A stretch of 64,000 nt of DNA, taken from a virus. Shown here piece by piece: positions 59,410 through 64,000 of this stretch. Each line of letters begins with the position of its first letter. Position 1 is the stretch's first letter. The notes below the pieces were generated by a model. That model was given only the letters and a program-made list of their open reading frames with translations, made no database searches and was not told the DNA's origin. The translations under genes and the position numbers were made by a program. The DNA lies in the IMG/VR virus record IMGVR_UViG_3300045988_036168, one strand, 5' to 3'.

Positions 59410-60009
59410 TCAGTCGATGAACCGGATGTTCTCCGCCGCCGTGCTCCACACCTTGCCGTGCTCGTCCTCGACAATGCCCGTTGTGACAGGGACGGCCCCA
59501 TTATCGAACTCCTCGAACGTGCTTCCCCATGTGTGGAACCATGCGACAAATTCATCCTCGCGCCACCCGTCGTTCGTGCGCTCATACACATGGGCGATGC
59601 ACTTACGGCAGGTCGGCACGGGTGGCTTCCCGCGCAAAGGCCCTCCCTCCTGCCACGGGCGGAACTGCTGGATCTTTTCCAGCAGGCCCTTCGGATTGCC
59701 GTCGAAGAGCAAGGCTCGGTCATCGACATAGACCTTCGCAGGTGGCTTTTCCGCCGCCACATCGTCAACCTCAATGCCGTTCTCCCGAAGGTAGCGCCGC
59801 ACCGCTCCCATGCCCTCAGGCGTGGCGCATCTGGTGGACACGACCACCACTCTGTACCCCGCGGCTCTGATCCGCTTGATTTCTTCGTCAATGAGCGACA
59901 CGGGCGGGTCGGGTACAACGCCTGCGCCCTGCCAGCCACTCACATAGGAATGGATGACGCCGTCAAAATCCAGCACCACATTCGGCTGATACTTCATCTC
60001 CCAAGCCAT
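59410..60009 (-). CDS. HAD-superfamily phosphatase-like protein with C-terminal extension
   Basis: VVLDFDGVIHSY (DxD motif I), VVVVSTR, KVYVDDRALLFDG. Confidence 0.6.
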   Translation of the reverse strand: MAWEMKYQPNVVLDFDGVIHSYVSGWQGAGVVPDPPVSLIDEEIKRIRAAGYRVVVVSTRCATPEGMGAVRRYLRENGIEVDDVAAEKPPAKVYVDDRALLFDGNPKGLLEKIQQFRPWQEGGPLRGKPPVPTCRKCIAHVYERTNDGWREDEFVAWFHTWGSTFEEFDNGAVPVTTGIVEDEHGKVWSTAAENIRFID

Positions 60010-60437
60010 TACTGCGCCTCCTTGCCAGTTCCAGTGCTGCCCCAGCCGCCGCGGTTCGGGTTGCCGAGATCCTCGACCTGCTCGAACTCAACAGGCTCGT
60101 CCTGCTTCACGAGGCGGAACTGGCAGATGCGCGTCCCCTTCGGGATTTCCGTATGACGGATGGCAACCGCCGGGAAGCCCCAGATGTCATCGTTACCGCA
60201 GTAGCTATGCTCGATGATGCCCACGCTGTTCGCCATGATGACGCCGAAGTTCTTGCAGGTCGAGCTTCTGGGAACGACCTGCGCATAGTAGCCGGCAGGA
60301 AGTTCCATCGCAATGCCGAGCGAAATGATTTTGCAGTCCAACGGCTCCAGAACGATGTCCTCGGCGGTGTAAAGGTCAACCCACTCGCCATGTGACTCGG
60401 GCAGCGGGTTCCCGTGCGTGTTGATTTTGACTTTCAT
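60009..60437 (-). CDS. dut: dUTP diphosphatase (YncF/YosS-like)
   Basis: ORF trimmed to ATG 60437 (AAGGAGG RBS). WVDLYTAEDI, VVPRSST, GIIEHSYCGNDD, RGGWGSTG. Confidence 0.88.
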   Translation of the reverse strand: MKVKINTHGNPLPESHGEWVDLYTAEDIVLEPLDCKIISLGIAMELPAGYYAQVVPRSSTCKNFGVIMANSVGIIEHSYCGNDDIWGFPAVAIRHTEIPKGTRICQFRLVKQDEPVEFEQVEDLGNPNRGGWGSTGTGKEAQ

Positions 60438-60438
60438 G

Positions 60439-60987
60439 TTAAGCCCTCCTTGATGTTTCGTATCTGTAATCGTAGCCATCGAGCCTGTACGGGTCTTTCA
60501 CTTCACCCGTACATCTGGCCCAGATGGCGTTTTGACTGATGTAGTTCTTCTTGGCCGCCTCTCGTCCAGAAGAGTAAATGGCGACCACTTGACCGTCCTG
60601 ATCGACCTTCATCACGGCCTTGCGCCGGTTTGCGCTGGAGATTTTGCCGCTGACCTGCTTGCTGGCGAACGACAGGTTCACCAGCTCGCAATCCATCTTT
60701 GCGCCGTTTCGATGGATGATGTTGTACCCCGGCCTGCGACCTCCCATGAAGGCGTCGGCCATGAGCCACACAACAGGCACATCTACTTTTCGGTTGTCCG
60801 CTGTCCGCATCTTCACGCAGGCGCGGGTTCGTCCGCTGATGTACGGCTTCAGGACGTACCACTCGCCACTCTCCAGTTCCTTTCGGACGACTGCCTCGCG
60901 GTTGATTTGGTATCGGAAGCGATAGCCGGGGATTTCTACCCATTCCGCGCTGTCAGGAGTTTGGCTTTTACACCGCTTCGCGCTCAT
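60439..60987 (-). CDS. HNH homing endonuclease (NUMOD4 + HNH_3 + C-terminal HTH-like module)
   Basis: WVEIPGYRFRYQINREAVV (NUMOD4), IIHRNGAKMDCELVNL (HNH_3), VVAIYSSGREAAKKNYISQNAIWARC. Confidence 0.8.
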   Translation of the reverse strand: MSAKRCKSQTPDSAEWVEIPGYRFRYQINREAVVRKELESGEWYVLKPYISGRTRACVKMRTADNRKVDVPVVWLMADAFMGGRRPGYNIIHRNGAKMDCELVNLSFASKQVSGKISSANRRKAVMKVDQDGQVVAIYSSGREAAKKNYISQNAIWARCTGEVKDPYRLDGYDYRYETSRRA

Positions 60988-61577
60988 GCCTTGTCTCCGG
61001 TTTCGTCCAGATAGGTCGCCTGCAGATCGGCGATGTGCAGCAAGACGGCCAGCGGGAACTTGTCAAAGGCGTTGCCAACGCTGTACCCGCCGCCTTGGAA
61101 GTCGTTATCCGAGAACCCCATGTGCCAACGGATTGCCATAGCCTCCTCGCGGCTCAGGCGCATAAACCCAGAGATGATGTAGACGCTCTTCTCACCATGC
61201 CCGTAGGGCAGCTTGTCATCGACCACATAGAACGGGTACTGTTCCCACCTGCCCTGATCGTTCTTGCGGTTGCGCATCTCGACCGCGTAGAAGTTCGCCT
61301 TGCAGATGTCGTGAAGCAGACCGCAAACCGCAATCGTCTCCATCGACGGCTCATTGAAGCCCGGAGTGATGGTCGCCTCGTTGGCACAAATTGCCTTCAT
61401 CCGTTCAAATACATGGAGGCTGTGCTCAAGCAACCCGCCGGGGCTGGACAGGTGGAAACGGGTGCTGGCCGGTGCCGTAAAGAAGTCCGAGGACTCGATC
61501 CACGCCAGCAGCTTGTCAGCGCCCGGTCGCGTGATATTCTCTGTGTACGCCTTGATAAACTTGTCTTTCATGCTCAT
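60984..61577 (-). CDS. HD-domain phosphohydrolase
   Basis: HLSSPGGLLEHSLHV, GLLHDICK, YGHGEKS, LHIADL. Confidence 0.75.
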   Translation of the reverse strand: MSMKDKFIKAYTENITRPGADKLLAWIESSDFFTAPASTRFHLSSPGGLLEHSLHVFERMKAICANEATITPGFNEPSMETIAVCGLLHDICKANFYAVEMRNRKNDQGRWEQYPFYVVDDKLPYGHGEKSVYIISGFMRLSREEAMAIRWHMGFSDNDFQGGGYSVGNAFDKFPLAVLLHIADLQATYLDETGDKA

Positions 61578-61584
61578 ATCCTCC

Positions 61585-61743
61585 TCAAAAATACATCATG
61601 CTCAGTGCCCAAGACGCCAGATGCAGAACGCCCGCAGCCGCGAACAGCGCGATATAGACGTGCTTACCTCTGCCGCTCTCGCCGATGACGCCGACGGTTG
61701 CCAGCACCATCACGATCATCGTAAACACCTGAAAGAACCTCAC
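61585..61743 (-). CDS. putative small membrane protein (52 aa from GTG, or 44 aa from an internal ATG)
   Basis: Not in the ORF track. Two hydrophobic segments (MIVMVLATVGVIG, VYIALFAAAGVLHLASWAL). Its stop precedes the GGAGGA RBS of the HD gene. Confidence 0.4.
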   Translation of the reverse strand: MRFFQVFTMIVMVLATVGVIGESGRGKHVYIALFAAAGVLHLASWALSMMYF

Positions 61744-62099
61744 TTCACATACGCCCCCTTCCATGCTTCGATTGCTTCATCGCAGAACTCGCCGTCGCAC
61801 TGACCGACAACGCCCTTTCTGCCCTCGCAGTATTCGCACAGATCCGTTTCGAGCATATCGACGATCTGGTCATCGGTCATGTCCCCGTAATACTCGCCAT
61901 TGGTGAGCTTCACCGCTATGAAAACGCGCCCGCTGTCGATAGCCTGCTGGCAGGTCCTCAACTTCCATTCCAACAGCACAGCCTTGTGCATCGTCTTCGT
62001 TGTGCGATGACCACAATGGACGATGAACCAGTCATGCTCCAGAAGTTCGGCCACGCTGTCAACGCGGTCTCCCTGTTTGTACTTTCTCTTCATTTTCAT
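61740..62099 (-). CDS. hypothetical protein (119 aa)
   Basis: ORF trimmed to ATG 62099 (AGGAGG RBS). Confidence 0.55.
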   Translation of the reverse strand: MKMKRKYKQGDRVDSVAELLEHDWFIVHCGHRTTKTMHKAVLLEWKLRTCQQAIDSGRVFIAVKLTNGEYYGDMTDDQIVDMLETDLCEYCEGRKGVVGQCDGEFCDEAIEAWKGAYVK

Positions 62100-62107
62100 G
62101 TTACCTC

Positions 62108-62956
62108 CTAAAATCCGTTCCATATTTGCTTGCCGTGATACTCGAAGCATTCGGCATCGCAGCAGTCTTCGGGAGTCAGATCCGCAAGCCGCTTTCGGCT
62201 GCGGGAGATGAACAGGTCGGAGTCCATAGGCGGCTTCGGGTTCTTATCCCTCAGCAGCTCGTCTACCTCCAGCAGCTTCGCGTAAGTCTGCGGCTGGTGT
62301 TCCTTGAGGTTCTCGAAGAAATAGTTTCGGTGGAACGGGCAAAAGCAGCAGGCGGACGCCTTGGTGTCCAGCCCCCAGACATCCAGTATGTAGGCGTAGT
62401 TGTCAGCCCTCGTCAGCTCCATGTCCACCAACGGGAAACGGTTCACAAACATCGGGTTCGGGCTGTCCTTGCACCGCTGTTTTTCCTCGAAGCTGAACCC
62501 CATGTGCATCTCGTGGGCCTTCTTGTCCTCGTCGCGGAGCCGCTGGCCTTTCTTGTAGCCGAGCACTTCCCAGCGGACGAACTTTGAGATGCGCTCCACC
62601 TTGTAGTCGAGGGTGCAGTTTCGCGGCATCCTTGACTTGTGACCGTCATCCCGCAGCGTCCACCATGGGATGCTGACCGTGCGGCGTCTCCCGAAGTTCT
62701 GCATCAGATCCCGATGCAGCAGCGCGTCCAGCATCTCATATCGAATACCGGCGGCGTCGCAGGCTCGGTGTACGAACTCGGCCTGTTGCATGACCCACGG
62801 CGGCTCGAAGCCGAGGTCGCAGAAGACGACCAGATCGTAAACCGGAACCAGCGGGTACGGGCGTTCGTGGCCTTTGCGCTCGGCGTCCACATTCTCACAG
62901 GACATCAGGGCCAAGGCCGTCGATTGCATTCCCGCACCGAAGGACAAAATCTTCAC
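62108..62956 (-). CDS. PAPS-reductase/PP-loop ATP-pyrophosphatase-like protein
   Basis: ILSFGAGMQSTAL is an N-terminal PP-loop variant common in phage PAPS-reductase-like proteins. Also has a CCFCPF cluster. Confidence 0.65.
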   Translation of the reverse strand: MKILSFGAGMQSTALALMSCENVDAERKGHERPYPLVPVYDLVVFCDLGFEPPWVMQQAEFVHRACDAAGIRYEMLDALLHRDLMQNFGRRRTVSIPWWTLRDDGHKSRMPRNCTLDYKVERISKFVRWEVLGYKKGQRLRDEDKKAHEMHMGFSFEEKQRCKDSPNPMFVNRFPLVDMELTRADNYAYILDVWGLDTKASACCFCPFHRNYFFENLKEHQPQTYAKLLEVDELLRDKNPKPPMDSDLFISRSRKRLADLTPEDCCDAECFEYHGKQIWNGF

Positions 62957-63609
62957 GTTTGCCCCTCCACGCTTTCCCCGCGCCGGAACTCAGCGGCCAT
63001 CATGTCGGCAGCCTCGCGGCTGATGCCGATTGCCTCGAACTGCTGGTAAATCTCCTCGCAGTCTTCAGGGGCCGCAGAGACCAGCGCAAAGGTCAATTCA
63101 GCATCCGTCGGAGCAGGCTTCTCGGGTTGTTCCTCAGCTTCAGCCTCAAGGTGCCGTGCTACCCTCTCCATGTATTCCTCGATCTTCGGCTTTCCGAACT
63201 CGACCACAGCCGTCATATAGTCCTCGTGCTCGGAAGCGTTTTCCTCGAACTCGCGGCTCCAGTTCAAAATGTGGTGGAACAGGTCGCGGCTGTCGATTTC
63301 TGCGCCGTTCGAGCCGAGCATCTGCGCCGCCAGCGCAGAGAGGTCATAGACGCACTCGCAAAGGCGGATCTCGCTGTCTTCACCCACCGTGGTCACGAAC
63401 TTCTCGCCGGCGTCGCTGTAACCACAGGTCTTGCAGTCCCAGACGTCTTCCCTGTCCGGTTCGTGCGTGACCTCGATGCAGTCATTCAGGCACCGAACGA
63501 ACGTGCCGCTGTCATCCAGTTCCCAGTCCTGCGTAACGTGCGCCGTCGCGCAAAAGGTCTTTCCGCCGCAACGTGGGCAGCGCAGAACCTCATTTTCTTT
63601 CAAAATCAT
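62953..63609 (-). CDS. zinc-ribbon protein with acidic tail (218 aa)
   Basis: ORF trimmed to ATG 63609 (GGAGGAG RBS). CPRCGG...CKTCG. Confidence 0.55.
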   Translation of the reverse strand: MILKENEVLRCPRCGGKTFCATAHVTQDWELDDSGTFVRCLNDCIEVTHEPDREDVWDCKTCGYSDAGEKFVTTVGEDSEIRLCECVYDLSALAAQMLGSNGAEIDSRDLFHHILNWSREFEENASEHEDYMTAVVEFGKPKIEEYMERVARHLEAEAEEQPEKPAPTDAELTFALVSAAPEDCEEIYQQFEAIGISREAADMMAAEFRRGESVEGQT

Positions 63610-63955
63610 CACTTGCTCCTCCATCACTCAGGCGCTTTTTCAGCCCTGCATATACTCCCTCAAGGGTTTCAACGAGTCCATCTGCCTCAAGGCTGTCCGT
63701 CGAAACCAGCCTGCAATCGCTCATGCTGATGTCGTCGATCAGATGGACGCCGTAGAACTGTTCGTCAGGCTCCAAACCGGCCTTGTTCTCAATCAGCGCC
63801 GCCGTTATCTCTCCGTTCTGTTCTTTCTCGGCCTTTGCCACGAGGAAGTAGGTCGAAGAGCGGTCGCCGTTGACCGTGGTTGGGCCGTTGCCCAGATCCG
63901 CCATCATCGCCTCTGCCAGTTCTTTCGGGGCGATTGCAAAATTGAACCTTTTCAT
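63590..63955 (-). CDS. hypothetical protein (121 aa)
   Basis: ORF trimmed to ATG 63955 (ATGA overlap with the upstream partial gene). Confidence 0.55.
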   Translation of the reverse strand: MKRFNFAIAPKELAEAMMADLGNGPTTVNGDRSSTYFLVAKAEKEQNGEITAALIENKAGLEPDEQFYGVHLIDDISMSDCRLVSTDSLEADGLVETLEGVYAGLKKRLSDGGASDDFERK

Positions 63956-64000
63956 CCCTGGAGCCACCCTTCCATTTCTTCCTTGAAGTAGTCCTCGTCG
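63952..64000 (-). CDS. 3' end of a gene that continues beyond the window
   Basis: The in-frame reading ...DEDYFKEEMEGWLQG-stop ends in an ATGA overlap with the next gene. Confidence 0.4.
   Translation of the reverse strand, partial: DEDYFKEEMEGWLQG

Noticed and set aside
1-64000. CRISPR arrays, rRNA genes, IS elements or transposases, and virion, terminase or lysis genes.
   Set aside because: No regularly spaced direct repeats, rRNA-like sequence, transposase motifs or structural-protein signatures were seen on either strand.

Overview
This 64-kb window is part of a GC-rich, Firmicutes/Clostridia-style temperate mobile element. It reads best as the early/accessory half of a large prophage or phage-plasmid, since no capsid, tail, terminase or lysis genes are present. 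About 130 short, tightly packed genes run on the minus strand, many with 4-nt ATGA start/stop overlaps. They fall into roughly seven transcription units bounded by near-consensus sigma-70-type promoters and intrinsic terminators. Two plus-strand islands interrupt them. One is a lysogeny module (CI-like repressor, 305-aa orphan, large serine recombinase; 23.9-27.2 kb), divergent from a Cro-like gene. The other is an XRE-linked PD-(D/E)XK orphan (55.1-56.7 kb) next to a possible antirepressor cassette with a predicted antisense sRNA. Recognisable content falls into these groups. Recombination and replication: PD-(D/E)XK exonuclease, RecT, replisome organiser, DnaC-like loader, RusA, HNH, SSB. 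RNA and SAM-related: RtcB RNA ligase, a CX3CX2C Gp37/Gp68 protein, MetK and an MTA/SAH-nucleosidase-like protein. DNA modification and anti-restriction: four DNA methyltransferases plus ParB-like and Lar-like proteins. Toxin-antitoxin genes: DinJ-YafQ, a HicB fragment, a MazF-like protein. Nucleotide metabolism: dUTPase, HD, two HAD proteins, and PAPS-reductase-like, ATP-grasp-like and guanylate-kinase-like proteins. There are also two free-standing homing-endonuclease genes and many zinc-ribbon microproteins. The most unusual feature is an RNA locus at 3118-3611 (minus strand). It holds three paralogous, covarying, CCA-ending cloverleaf RNAs with glycine-type YCC loops but non-canonical D, T and anticodon loops. 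These are interleaved with a near-canonical tRNA-Trp and preceded by a 157-nt RNA with tRNA-Leu-like ends. A second notable signal is a set of five promoters that share an exact TAGGTAGG box next to the -35 hexamer. All calls rest on motif reading of the supplied translations and manual folding; no database search or program was run.
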